A stretch of 64,000 nucleotides of DNA from an uncultured Chthonomonadaceae bacterium (GCA_964429855.1 CAYSDM010000006.1:32047-96046), one strand, 5' to 3'; counted from the first letter of the stretch, positions 54,178 to 63,648 are shown. Notes: generated by a model from the sequence alone, not told the origin. Program-made: numbers and translations.

Positions 54178-55300
54178 GATCGCCGTCTACTACTTTCCGC
54201 AGTATCACCCCGACCCGCGCAACGACGCCTGGCATGGCAAAGGCTGGACCGAGTGGGAACTGATGAAGGCGGCGCGACCGCGCTTCCCCGGTCAGGATCA
54301 GCCCATTGTTCCCGCCTGGGGCTATTTCGACGAGTCGGATCCGCGCTGGGCGGAGAAGGAGATAGACCTCGCCGCCGATCACGGAATCACCTGCTTCCTC
54401 TACGACTGGTACTGGTATGAGGACGGTCCGTTTCTGCAGGATGGGCTGGAAAAAGGGTTTCTGAGCGCCGCCAATAATCACCGGCTAAAGTTCGCGGTCA
54501 TGTGGGCAAACCACGACTGGCTGAATATCCATCCCTCAAAGCTCGTAAATCGTCCCGAAACGCTCCTCTCCGGGCGTGTCTCCCGCGAGACGTTTGAGAA
54601 GCTGACCGATCACGTTGTCAACCGCTATTTTACCCATGTGAACCATCTGACCCTTGGCGGAGAGCCCTACTTCTCCATCTACGAACTGGGAACCTTTATT
54701 GCCGGGATAGGAGGGCTGGAGGCGGCGAAGGAGGCGTTGAACCGATTCCGCGCAAAAACGCGCGCCGCCGGATTTCCGGGACTGCATCTAAACGCGGTTG
54801 TCTGGGGCGTAAGCGTGCTTCCGAGCGAGATCAAGTTAAGCGACCCGGTGCAGGTCGTGAAGGAGCTGGGGCTTTCGAGCGTCACCTCCTATACCTGGGT
54901 GCATCACTACGACCCAAACACCGACGGCTTCCCGAAGGGCAGTTATGCGAAGGCGGCTGCGCGCAACTATGCTGTCTGGGAGGAGACCCGCGCCCGCTTC
55001 CCCGTTCCCTATCATCCCAACGTCTCGATGGGGTGGGATCCCAGCCCCCGCACCGTTCAGAGCGACCGGTACGAGGCGCGGGGCTACCCCTGGACGGCGG
55101 TTCTGGACGGCAACACGCCCGCCGCCTTCAAGGAGGCGTTGCAGCAGGCGAGGCGGTTCCTCTCCCGCCCGCAAAGCCCGCAGAAGATGCTGACGATCAA
55201 CGCCTGGAACGAGTGGACGGAGGGAAGCTACCTGTTGCCCGATACGAAGCGCGGAACCGCCTATCTGGAGGCGATCCGCGAGGTGTTCGGGGGGAGGTAG
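54155..55300 (+). CDS. WbsX-like / GH99-like domain protein (cytoplasmic form)
   Basis: IAVYYFPQYHPDPRNDAWHGKGWTEWELM is the canonical Glyco_tran_WbsX start. NAWNEWTEGSYLLPD near the C-terminus. GAGGAG RBS and a 23-nt overlap with the upstream gene. Confidence 0.75.
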   Translation: MDRQNPFEIAVYYFPQYHPDPRNDAWHGKGWTEWELMKAARPRFPGQDQPIVPAWGYFDESDPRWAEKEIDLAADHGITCFLYDWYWYEDGPFLQDGLEKGFLSAANNHRLKFAVMWANHDWLNIHPSKLVNRPETLLSGRVSRETFEKLTDHVVNRYFTHVNHLTLGGEPYFSIYELGTFIAGIGGLEAAKEALNRFRAKTRAAGFPGLHLNAVVWGVSVLPSEIKLSDPVQVVKELGLSSVTSYTWVHHYDPNTDGFPKGSYAKAAARNYAVWEETRARFPVPYHPNVSMGWDPSPRTVQSDRYEARGYPWTAVLDGNTPAAFKEALQQARRFLSRPQSPQKMLTINAWNEWTEGSYLLPDTKRGTAYLEAIREVFGGR

Positions 55301-55320
55301 GAAAGAGAGGATTGGAGCCG

Positions 55321-56418
55321 CTAAGGTTTCGGGTGCAGAGAGGCGGGCGTTTTGTCCAGAACGATTCTGCCGTCGGTTAGGATCGTGTTCTTTTCGGCGG
55401 ACAGCGCGGTGACGCGCTGGATAATCGCGGCGGATTCGGCGGGGCTGGCGGGGCGCGGCGAGCCGTCCTCCAGCCGCCAGGGCAGGATCTCGGCGCGAAC
55501 CACCCCGGTTTTTCGCAGGGTCACGCGCAGAATCATCGCGCGGGAAGGCTCCTCGCCGCGCGGATCGAAGACAAAGTTGCCCAGCGAATAGGCGATCAGT
55601 ACGTTGCGCTCACCGGAATCGGTCTTCACGCGCATCGCTTCCAGCCCCTGAAGCACATGCGGGTGATGTCCCAGAACCAGATCGGCTCCCGATTCGGCGG
55701 CGGCGCGCGCCAGTTCGATCTGCCGGGGCGAGGGGCGCGCGCGATACTCGATCCCCCAGTGAAACGAGACAATCACAATATCCGCCTGCGCCCGCGCCCG
55801 CTTGACCGCCCGACGAACGCCTTCCGCCGAAGCCATTGCGATAGAAGCCCGGTCGTCGCGCAGAAAGACGCCCTCCGGGATGAAGTCGCAGAATCCCACA
55901 AACGCCACCCGGACGCCCTTCGCCTCCAGATAGATCGCCTCTTCCGCCTCTGCCCGCGTATGTCCGGCTCCGACTCCGCGCAGTCCCCTGCTCTTCAGAT
56001 GGTCCAGGGTCTCGATTAAGCCGTCTCGCCCGCAGTCGAGCGTGTGGTTGTTTGCCAGCGAGAGAATGTCGAAACCGGCGTTGACCAGTCCGTCCAGCAC
56101 GCGAGGATGGGCGCGGAATCGGTAGGGCTTGACGACCAGACGCCCCGACTCGGAGATCGGGCACTCCAGATTCCCGAAGGCGATATCGGCTTCGCGCAGA
56201 ATCGGGGCGACGTATCGAAAGGGGTAGTCCGCGCCATGCTGTTCGATGCGTTTTCCCACGCCGCGATCCAGAAGTATATCGCCGACGGCAGCCAGCGTCA
56301 CGGTCTCTTCCAGAGAGGGGGGCGAAAAGCGACTCCCGGCTCTCTCTTCCGAATATGTCGGGAGAACCGGGAGCAGCAGCGTCAGCAGCGCGAAGACGAG
56401 GGGCAGAGGGTTCAGCAT
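55321..56418 (-). CDS. CapA/PgsA-family metallophosphoesterase-like protein (PGA_cap)
   Basis: TLAAVGDILLDRG, AFGNLECPIS, LANNHTLDCG and FHWGIEY motifs. Signal/TM start MLNPLPLVFALLTLLL. The ATG lies 1 nt after the upstream stop. Confidence 0.8.
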   Translation of the reverse strand: MLNPLPLVFALLTLLLPVLPTYSEERAGSRFSPPSLEETVTLAAVGDILLDRGVGKRIEQHGADYPFRYVAPILREADIAFGNLECPISESGRLVVKPYRFRAHPRVLDGLVNAGFDILSLANNHTLDCGRDGLIETLDHLKSRGLRGVGAGHTRAEAEEAIYLEAKGVRVAFVGFCDFIPEGVFLRDDRASIAMASAEGVRRAVKRARAQADIVIVSFHWGIEYRARPSPRQIELARAAAESGADLVLGHHPHVLQGLEAMRVKTDSGERNVLIAYSLGNFVFDPRGEEPSRAMILRVTLRKTGVVRAEILPWRLEDGSPRPASPAESAAIIQRVTALSAEKNTILTDGRIVLDKTPASLHPKP

Positions 56419-58529
56419 CCGCTGGAATAGGTCTCCAGTTGATCCTTCCTGGGCGACCTGCTGCGCGAAGGCGAAAGGAAGGAGCGCGTCCAGGGAGGGG
56501 CATCGGGGGCGCGCCTTGCCTTCAGGATCGCCTGCCATTTCTCATCGGTCAGACGGTCGCTGGAGGGATGTTTGAACTCATAGTAGCTGAAGGCGGCACC
56601 GCGAGTCAGGGTTAATTTGCCCTCTATCGGCACCAGAACCAGAATCTCCGTCGCATGCCCCACGCCCTGGAAGAGCGCTTTATCCCCGGCGGTATGGACA
56701 TCTGCCACCACCGCCATATTCTTGTCGGTCTCGCTGGTGATCTCGCCCCAACTGCTCGGTTCCCCCTCCATCACGGAGAGCGTCATATACTCGACCTTGC
56801 CGCCGATGTAACGAATCTCCATATGCTCGTCGCGGGTCAGCTTCTCGTTACGAAGCTGCTTTTCGGAGACGCGCTTGAGGAAGGAGATCAGGTCTTCAAA
56901 CTGCTCGAAGCGATCTTTGATCCTGTCGGAGAGGAGGCGACGGCGGGTCAACCCCTCGCGAGACTGCTTCGTCAGGTTCAGCAGGCGCGTATAGAAGAGG
57001 ACGTTCGGCTCGACATAGCCCTTCACGAAGGGAACGTCGTCGCCATCGCCGCACTCGACCGCGCTCTGCTTACCGTAGAGAATGGTGTCATGCCGCAGTT
57101 CTGCCCAGGAAGCCAGCGCGGTATGCAGCGACTTATCCGCCCATGCCGGGTTTCGCATGAACGAGGGGTAGCCTTCGGGAACCGGCATCAGAAGCGGCTG
57201 GAGGGTGTGCAGCCAGTTCCAGTAGAGGTTAGATGACCACTGCTGGGGGGTCACCTGTCCGAACTCGTTGAGGACTTTTGCGCGCTCCGTCCGGTACGCC
57301 GTCCAGTTCTTCTGGTTATAGATTTGCGGGCTGCCATCGAGAATGGCGGCGGCGCGGCGGCTTCCCAGCGCCGCCATCACATCCAGACCGGAGGGGAAGG
57401 GGCGCAGCATCGGCTCGCTCAGCCGCTGCAAGACCTCGCTGTCGGGGATGTAGCGCATCCCCATCATGCGCATCTGGTAGTCTGGATCGGGCATATCTTT
57501 CGAGAGGGTCATCTTTGCCCGAATGCGCGCCTGTCCTGCCTGTTTGACGCCTGCGACGAAGTCGTCAAGCCTGCTGTCGTCGGCGAAGGCGGACAGCGGG
57601 GCGTCTTTGCCGTAGACCCGATCGCTGATCGCCTTCCACTGCGCCGGAGTCTGATCGTCCGAGGTTCCCACATAGAAGGCGGTCGGTCCGTAGATGCGAT
57701 CCCATTCGCCCTCCAGGTTTCGGCGATAGAGCGAACGCGCCAGCAGAATGCCCTGCCGAATCTGTTCGTCGTTGCGCAGACTGCCCCTATAGAGCGCGAA
57801 CGGAGCCTGACCGTACCACATCATCGTCAGGAAGTAGCGGGACAGAACCGGAGTGCGGGTATAGTGCCCGCGCACGATAAACTGGGAATAGTCTATCTTG
57901 TAGGGGAAGATCGCGCCGATGGCGAAGCCCTGATGCGCCTGAATCAACTGCATCTCGCGCTGCGCCAGCGTCGCGGCGGCGGGAGGCAGATTCGGCGACA
58001 GACCGAGGCTGCGGGCAGCGACTCCGAAATAGGCGACGTTTTTCAGCGCGGCTTTCTTGACAGACTCCTCCTGCGCCGCATTATAGGTCTCGATGGCGTC
58101 CGTCAGCATCCCCTGCGTTAATCGCGTCAGCGCCGGGGTCAGAAACTCCGTTTCGACGGCGCGCAGGGTGAAGCCGTAGAACACATGATAGAGATGCAGC
58201 ACCAGATCGGTCGTGACAAACGAGGGCAGGCTCAGGTAGTCGTTGTTTTCATAGATGTGGAAAAGCTGCTTGTAGTCGGTGGGCGTGCAGACGAACAGGT
58301 TGCGCTGCAGCATCTGCCGCTGATCGGGCGACAGCGTGATGATCCGGTTGAAATTACGGAAATTGGCGACGTTGGAGAAGTTCGCCGAGACCGTGTAGGG
58401 CTGCACTCTACCCGGAGCCATCTGCCCACCGCTCTGCCGCCCCATCGCCGCGCGGCGGTTGGAATCGGCATACATCCCGCTTCCCAGCAGCAGAACCATG
58501 CTGAAAATCACCCAGAAACAGCGTTTCAT
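56412..58529 (-). CDS. Large secreted protein of unknown function (possibly DUF3160-like)
   Basis: 705 aa with signal peptide MKRCFWVIFSMVLLLGSG. Size and the block YENNDYLSLPSFVTTDLVLHLYH remind me of DUF3160, but I cannot verify this by eye. Confidence 0.55.
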   Translation of the reverse strand: MKRCFWVIFSMVLLLGSGMYADSNRRAAMGRQSGGQMAPGRVQPYTVSANFSNVANFRNFNRIITLSPDQRQMLQRNLFVCTPTDYKQLFHIYENNDYLSLPSFVTTDLVLHLYHVFYGFTLRAVETEFLTPALTRLTQGMLTDAIETYNAAQEESVKKAALKNVAYFGVAARSLGLSPNLPPAAATLAQREMQLIQAHQGFAIGAIFPYKIDYSQFIVRGHYTRTPVLSRYFLTMMWYGQAPFALYRGSLRNDEQIRQGILLARSLYRRNLEGEWDRIYGPTAFYVGTSDDQTPAQWKAISDRVYGKDAPLSAFADDSRLDDFVAGVKQAGQARIRAKMTLSKDMPDPDYQMRMMGMRYIPDSEVLQRLSEPMLRPFPSGLDVMAALGSRRAAAILDGSPQIYNQKNWTAYRTERAKVLNEFGQVTPQQWSSNLYWNWLHTLQPLLMPVPEGYPSFMRNPAWADKSLHTALASWAELRHDTILYGKQSAVECGDGDDVPFVKGYVEPNVLFYTRLLNLTKQSREGLTRRRLLSDRIKDRFEQFEDLISFLKRVSEKQLRNEKLTRDEHMEIRYIGGKVEYMTLSVMEGEPSSWGEITSETDKNMAVVADVHTAGDKALFQGVGHATEILVLVPIEGKLTLTRGAAFSYYEFKHPSSDRLTDEKWQAILKARRAPDAPPWTRSFLSPSRSRSPRKDQLETYSSGC

Positions 58530-59155
58530 TGCGCGTGCCTCCTCAAGGCAATACGTTTGCCATTTACACGAACCAGAATTGCGCCCTGCTGAACCCCCTG
58601 CAGAGCCGCCTCCTCCCAGCTTCCCTCCTGCCAGTCGGCGGTAAAGCCGAAGCCGTTCCAGGAGTAGACCGTAACACAGCGTTTTCCGTCCCGCAGAGTC
58701 TCCAGCGCGATCAGGTTATCGGAGCCGTCTCCATCCAGGTCGGCAAGGAGGAAGTCGGTGAAGGGTTTGCTGAGATTGGAACCGAGCCATTTCGAGGCGA
58801 CCTTTCTGCCGTCGAACTGATAGACGAACAGGCAGGAGTGGGGCTTCGGAAAGAATCGGGTGGACTTGAACAACCCGACCGCGATGTCTCGTTTTCCATC
58901 GCCATCCACATCGCCGAGAGCCAGCTTCCAGGGCTTCCATTTTCGTTTGACGCCCTGCCAGAGCCGCCGCCCTCCCTGCCAGACGCTCAGCGACGGGTCG
59001 CGCCGCACATCCAGCACGACTCGCTCTCTCCTGCCGTCGCCGTCGAGGTCTGCCTGTATCGCCATCCGGCTGCGATCCGGTTTCGGCGGTTCGGCGTCCG
59101 GCAGAGCGGGCGCGGTCAGAACGAGAAGAATCCGCATCAATATCTGGAAGCGCAT
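58526..59155 (-). CDS. Secreted FG-GAP/VCBS-repeat protein
   Basis: Three Ca-binding-type repeats (DLDGDGRRE, GDVDGDGKRD, ADLDGDGSDN). Signal peptide, GGAGGG RBS, and an ATGA overlap with the downstream gene. Confidence 0.7.
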   Translation of the reverse strand: MRFQILMRILLVLTAPALPDAEPPKPDRSRMAIQADLDGDGRRERVVLDVRRDPSLSVWQGGRRLWQGVKRKWKPWKLALGDVDGDGKRDIAVGLFKSTRFFPKPHSCLFVYQFDGRKVASKWLGSNLSKPFTDFLLADLDGDGSDNLIALETLRDGKRCVTVYSWNGFGFTADWQEGSWEEAALQGVQQGAILVRVNGKRIALRRHAQ

Positions 59156-59325
59156 CTACCCTCCCCGGAGATAGATGGGGCGTCTCGCCCTTTTACTGGC
59201 GTATTCGATCCGGTAAATCAGGTATAAGAGCGTATACTATCTCTCCCGGAATTCCTGCGGAGGCGCAGGCGAACAGTGTCCTGTTCCGCAGTCTGAAGGC
59301 AATCTCCTTCTGTGGCATTTTTTCG

Positions 59326-59354
59326 TTGCATTTTCAGAAGGCAGAGAGTATAAT
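59326..59354 (+). promoter_or_regulatory. Sigma-70-type promoter candidate for cinA
   Basis: TTGCAT (59326-31), 17 nt, TATAAT (59349-54), about 30 nt upstream of the cinA start. Confidence 0.55.
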
Positions 59355-59384
59355 ACACCCAATATATGTGGAGGTTTGTTTACA

Positions 59385-60644
59385 TTGCGTGCGGAGATTG
59401 TCTCGGTAGGAACGGAACTGCTGCTCGGGCAGATCGTGGACACCAACGCGGCGCATCTGGCGCGCGCTCTCTCGGAACTGGGCATCAGCGTCTATCGGCG
59501 CGTCACGGTCGGCGACAATCATGCGCGGCTTCTGGCTGCCCTGAGCAGCGCGCTGGCGGAGAACGATGTCGTGATCGCCCTGGGCGGCCTGGGTCCGACG
59601 CAGGACGACATTACCCGCGAGACGCTGGCGGAGGCGATGGGCGACACGCTGCGCCACGACGAAGAGATCGCGCATCGGCTGACCGCCTTCTTTCAGGTGC
59701 GCGGCATCCCCATGCCCGACAGCGTTCTGCGCCAGGCGATGGTTCCCACGCGCGGCTTTCCGCTGGACAATCCCAACGGGACCGCGCCCGGGCTGATCTT
59801 TGAGAAGGACGGCAAGATCGGCATCGCGCTGCCCGGACCGCCCAGCGAATTTATTCCGATGGTGGAGAGCCATGTGGTTCCTTATCTGCGCGCAAAGACC
59901 GGAACCCGCACGATCCGCTCGCGGGTGCTGCGTATCTGTAATATGGGCGAGTCGCTGGTCGAGGAGCGGGTGCGCGACCTGATGACGGGCGACAATCCGA
60001 CCGTCGCCCCCTACGCCAAGACCGGCGAGGTGCATCTGCGGGTCACCGCGCGCGCGGACGATCCGGCGGCGGCAGACCGGCTGATCGAGCCGGTTGTGCG
60101 GGAGATCGAGGCGCGTCTGGGCGACCATGTCTACGCCTATGATGATGAGCCGCTGGAGGCGGCGGTCGCGCGCCTGTTGAGCGATCGGAACCGGACGGTA
60201 GCGACCGCCGAGTCGTGCACCGGCGGACTGCTTGCCGCGAGACTGACCGATGTGCCGGGCAGTTCGAAGGTCTTTCTCGGCGGGGTCGTCTCCTACAGCA
60301 ACGAGTCCAAGTCCGATCTGGTTGCGGTTCCCCCCGCTATGATCGCGCAGTTTGGCGCGGTCAGCCCGGAGGTGGCGGAGGCGATGGCGCAGGGCGCGCG
60401 CGCCCGGTTTCATGCCGACTTCGGGATCGGGATCACCGGCATCGCCGGACCGGACGGAGGCACGCCGGAGAAGCCGGTCGGGCTGGTCTATATCGCGCTG
60501 GCGGATTCGCGGGGGACGCTGGTGGAGAAGAATCGCTTTCTGGGGCAGCGCAAAGATGTGCGCTACCGCTCCGCGCAGTATGCGCTGGTCCTGCTGCGCG
60601 ACCGCGCCCTGCAATCCCCGCACAACCCGGCAACGAACGGGTAG
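59385..60644 (+). CDS. cinA: Competence/damage-inducible protein CinA (MoCF-binding + PncC nicotinamide-nucleotide amidase domains)
   Basis: RAEIVSVGTELLLGQIVDTNAAHLA N-terminus and C-terminal TAESCTGGLLA. The TTG at 59385 is preferred because GGAGG lies 10 nt upstream; the ORF also opens at TTG 59376. Confidence 0.9.
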   Translation: MRAEIVSVGTELLLGQIVDTNAAHLARALSELGISVYRRVTVGDNHARLLAALSSALAENDVVIALGGLGPTQDDITRETLAEAMGDTLRHDEEIAHRLTAFFQVRGIPMPDSVLRQAMVPTRGFPLDNPNGTAPGLIFEKDGKIGIALPGPPSEFIPMVESHVVPYLRAKTGTRTIRSRVLRICNMGESLVEERVRDLMTGDNPTVAPYAKTGEVHLRVTARADDPAAADRLIEPVVREIEARLGDHVYAYDDEPLEAAVARLLSDRNRTVATAESCTGGLLAARLTDVPGSSKVFLGGVVSYSNESKSDLVAVPPAMIAQFGAVSPEVAEAMAQGARARFHADFGIGITGIAGPDGGTPEKPVGLVYIALADSRGTLVEKNRFLGQRKDVRYRSAQYALVLLRDRALQSPHNPATNG

Positions 60645-60678
60645 CGGATTTATACACTATGATGGTGTTGATACGAGA

Positions 60679-60975
60679 ATGGTGATCCTCTCTATCTCTT
60701 TGGATACTCAGACTGTCTCCGTATCAAATATCGCGGCCCTGCTTGCGGAGGGGCAGATCATCCATGTTGAGGGGATCATCAATATCCGTTGGGATGAATT
60801 CTCTGCAAAAGAGGTTTCTCGTGAACTGGCACTCTATGATGTAGAATGGGAACGAGTGGACGACGACACACCTGGAAGATTAGAGATGATTATACTCTAT
60901 ACGGGTTATATCGAAGGCGACCTGGAAAAACGTCTACAAAGGATTCATGGTGTTGAGGAGTATGCCTTCTTATAA
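60679..60975 (+). CDS. Small acidic hypothetical protein (98 aa) in a low-GC cassette
   Basis: ATG 60679 has only a weak RBS. The composition looks globular with a strong excess of Asp and Glu. No family recognised. Confidence 0.4.
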   Translation: MVILSISLDTQTVSVSNIAALLAEGQIIHVEGIINIRWDEFSAKEVSRELALYDVEWERVDDDTPGRLEMIILYTGYIEGDLEKRLQRIHGVEEYAFL

Positions 60976-60983
60976 TCCTCAAC

Positions 60984-61748
60984 TCAAGCGATGGTAACAG
61001 TGGAATGCCATTCTACGCTGATTGATCGTCTATATGTACTGCGGACTGACAGGTTTTCGTATGGATTGTGGATAACCCGAGCGGAAGGAGATGAGGCTAA
61101 GTTACCGACGACTACCAGCCAGTAGTTCGATAGACGTATTTTGGCTTCCGTCCATTCTCTATCGGTAAATTGGATTGCGCCTTTATGTGTTTGGATTCCC
61201 TTTACTTCAATGGCGCGTTCGGGCTGGTATCGTACACCGAAGTCATAACCACAGGCGTTGTTTCGGAGGTCGAGGAGATTTATAGGGTCAACCTGTATAA
61301 GAGAAGCGGAATGAGTCAGAAAATACTCTTCGGCGCGGCGTCCGGTTAACAACCTTTCCGCAACGTTGCAGGCAATGCGGTTGATGGTCGCCAGTGAATC
61401 GATAGCTTCAACGGTTGCTTCATGGTCTCGCCGAAGAATTCGGTCAACAAGTTCAAGTAGGGCATCATCACTCACTTCTTTCAACTCGTCCAGAACCTTC
61501 TGGCGATTCGGACGCAAAGGACGCTGATGCCATCCTTTGCGAGGATTACGATGAACCGGATCAAATTCATCTCGCAGATTATCAAAGGTACGCGGAGGTT
61601 TTGACAGAGCGTTTGATGCTTCTGTAAAGGCTTGTTCCCATGTTGTGAAGCCACGAGACGCGAGATACTGTTTATCGAGACGGCTCATGACATAGCCTAT
61701 TACAATGGCTTCAGTTTCTATTCGAGATCGTTTCTTTTGTTCGGACAT
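60984..61748 (-). CDS. DUF3883-type PD-(D/E)xK nuclease-fold protein with an uncharacterised helical N-terminal domain
   Basis: GRRAEEYFL...ACGYDFGVRY...RAIEVKGIQTHKGAIQFTDREWTEAKIRLSNYWLVVV matches the DUF3883 pattern (GYD...IEVKG...lT.nEw..A....YwLyvV). An alternative ATG at 61796 lies inside the palindromic element. Confidence 0.7.
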   Translation of the reverse strand: MSEQKKRSRIETEAIVIGYVMSRLDKQYLASRGFTTWEQAFTEASNALSKPPRTFDNLRDEFDPVHRNPRKGWHQRPLRPNRQKVLDELKEVSDDALLELVDRILRRDHEATVEAIDSLATINRIACNVAERLLTGRRAEEYFLTHSASLIQVDPINLLDLRNNACGYDFGVRYQPERAIEVKGIQTHKGAIQFTDREWTEAKIRLSNYWLVVVGNLASSPSARVIHNPYENLSVRSTYRRSISVEWHSTVTIA

Positions 61749-61785
61749 CTCTTTTTGTCTGTCTCTTTTCAAGTGCAGGGCAGTA

Positions 61786-61872
61786 CCCCCTGTCATTGCG
61801 AGGGAGACGAAGCCAGTCGAAGCAATCTCCTCATGTCGGAATGAGATTGCCGGGTTGCGCTCGCAAGGACAA
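61786..61872. repeat. Second GTCAT...GAC palindromic (MITE/REP-like) element
   Basis: ccccctGTCATTGCGAGggagacgaagccagtcgaaGCAATCTC ... GAGATTGCcgggttgcgCTCGCAAGGACaacc. It shares the CCCCCTGTCAT lead-in and terminal architecture with 13071-13133. Confidence 0.55.
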
Positions 61873-61963
61873 CCTGTAGCGTGCGTAAAGCCAACAAATC
61901 ATTCGCATTGGAAACCTGGAAATCCTTTCCACATTCGCCCTGTTGCAGCGAGTAACCTGAAAG

Positions 61964-62536
61964 ATGCGGCTCTTTTTTGCCATCACGATACCGGAGGAGA
62001 TCATCGCGCGGGTGGCGCAGGCGCAGGCGGATCTGCGCCGACAGATCGGGGACGACGGGGTGAAGTGGACCCGTCCCGAACAGTTTCACTACACCCTGAA
62101 GTTCCTGGGCGAACAGCCGCCGCAGCGCGCCTACCGCGCGGTGGAAGCCGCCATCGCGGTCTGCAACGAGCAGAAGCCCTTCACCTTTGCCATTGGCGAG
62201 GTGGGCGCGTTTCCCAACAACCGACGCCCCGGCACGCTGTGGGTGGGGGCGACCGAGGGAGTGGGACCGCTGACCGATCTGGCGTTGAATCTGGAGAAGG
62301 CGCTGGCGAAGGAGCGATTCCCGCGCGAGAACCGGCCGCTCAAAGCGCACCTGACCCTGGCGCGCATTCAGACCTATGTCGGGGAGACTGCCGCTGCCCG
62401 CGCCCTGCAGAGCGCGCAGGTAGAGGAGTTGGGACGCTTTGAAGTGGACCGCATGGTGTTGATGCAGAGCCGCCTGAAGCCCTCCGGCGCAGAATACGAG
62501 ACTGTAGAAACCTTTAAATTTAAACTCGTCGAATAG
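61964..62536 (+). CDS. thpR: RNA 2',3'-cyclic phosphodiesterase (2H family, LigT/ThpR)
   Basis: MRLFFAI start and two HxT motifs ([16 protein letters not shown]). Confidence 0.9.
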   Translation: MRLFFAITIPEEIIARVAQAQADLRRQIGDDGVKWTRPEQFHYTLKFLGEQPPQRAYRAVEAAIAVCNEQKPFTFAIGEVGAFPNNRRPGTLWVGATEGVGPLTDLALNLEKALAKERFPRENRPLKAHLTLARIQTYVGETAAARALQSAQVEELGRFEVDRMVLMQSRLKPSGAEYETVETFKFKLVE

Positions 62537-62592
62537 GCGTTCGGCGCAGGCTCCCGCCCTCCGAACCCCGTCCCGCGGAAAGGAATGAAGTC

Positions 62593-63621
62593 ATGGACAA
62601 GCAGAAAGCGCTCGATATCGCCCTGAGCAATATCGAGAAGCAGTTCGGGAAAGGCTCGATTATGCGGCTGGGACAGGCGACCCGGCTGAATGTGGACGCT
62701 ATTCCAACCGGCTCCATCGCCCTCGATCTGGCGCTTGGCGTCGGCGGAATCCCGCGCGGACGCATCACCGAAATCTTCGGAACGGAGTCCTCCGGCAAGA
62801 CCACCATCGCCCTGCAGGTGGTCGCGGAGGCGCAGAAGCTCGGAGGCGTCTGCGCCTTCATAGATGCAGAACACGCCCTGGATCCCGAATATGCCGCCAA
62901 TCTTGGCGTGGATATTGACAATCTGCTGATCTCGCAGCCGGGAACCGGGGAGGAGGCGCTGGAGATCATGGACTACCTGATTCGCTCCTCCGCAGTGGAC
63001 GTGGTCGTGCTGGACTCGGTGGCGGCGCTGGTGCCGAAAGCCGAGATCGAGGGCGAGATGGGCGATGCGCATGTCGGCGCGCAGGCGCGCCTGATGTCGC
63101 AGGCGCTTCGCAAAATCGCCGGAAATCTCAATCGGGCCAACTGCGCCGCGATTTTTATCAACCAGATTCGCGAGAAGATCGGCGTCATGTTCGGCAATCC
63201 GGAGACTACGCCGGGCGGGCGGGCGCTCAAGTTCTGGTCGAGCGTGCGGCTGGATGTGCGCCGAACCGAAACCGTGAAATCGGGGTCGGACGCGGTCGGG
63301 GCGCGCACCAAGGTCAAAGTCGTCAAGAATAAGGTCGCGCCGCCCTTCCGTCAGGCGGAGTTCGATATTCTGTTCGGGCGCGGCATCTCCAAGGCGGGGG
63401 GACTGCTCGATCTGGGCGTCGAGATGGGCATCATCACCAAGAGCGGCGCCTACTTCAGCTACAATGAACTGCGGCTCGGACAGGGACGCGAGAACGCCCG
63501 CATCTTCCTGGAAGACAACCCGCAGTTGATGAGCGAGATCGAGGCAAGGATTCGCAACGGCGGCGAAGTGCCCGCCGTTCTCATCATGTCCAGAGACGAG
63601 CGCAACGGCGCAGAGGAGTAG
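62593..63621 (+). CDS. recA: Recombinase RecA
   Basis: [25 protein letters not shown], Walker [10 protein letters not shown] and [14 protein letters not shown]. Confidence 0.98.
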   Translation: MDKQKALDIALSNIEKQFGKGSIMRLGQATRLNVDAIPTGSIALDLALGVGGIPRGRITEIFGTESSGKTTIALQVVAEAQKLGGVCAFIDAEHALDPEYAANLGVDIDNLLISQPGTGEEALEIMDYLIRSSAVDVVVLDSVAALVPKAEIEGEMGDAHVGAQARLMSQALRKIAGNLNRANCAAIFINQIREKIGVMFGNPETTPGGRALKFWSSVRLDVRRTETVKSGSDAVGARTKVKVVKNKVAPPFRQAEFDILFGRGISKAGGLLDLGVEMGIITKSGAYFSYNELRLGQGRENARIFLEDNPQLMSEIEARIRNGGEVPAVLIMSRDERNGAEE

Positions 63622-63648
63622 CGCGCTCCGCCTCTACAAAGTCCTGTC

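Noticed and set aside
59334-60623. 429-aa minus-strand ORF opposite cinA
   Set aside because: It is a shadow ORF. The plus strand encodes full-length CinA with both domains.
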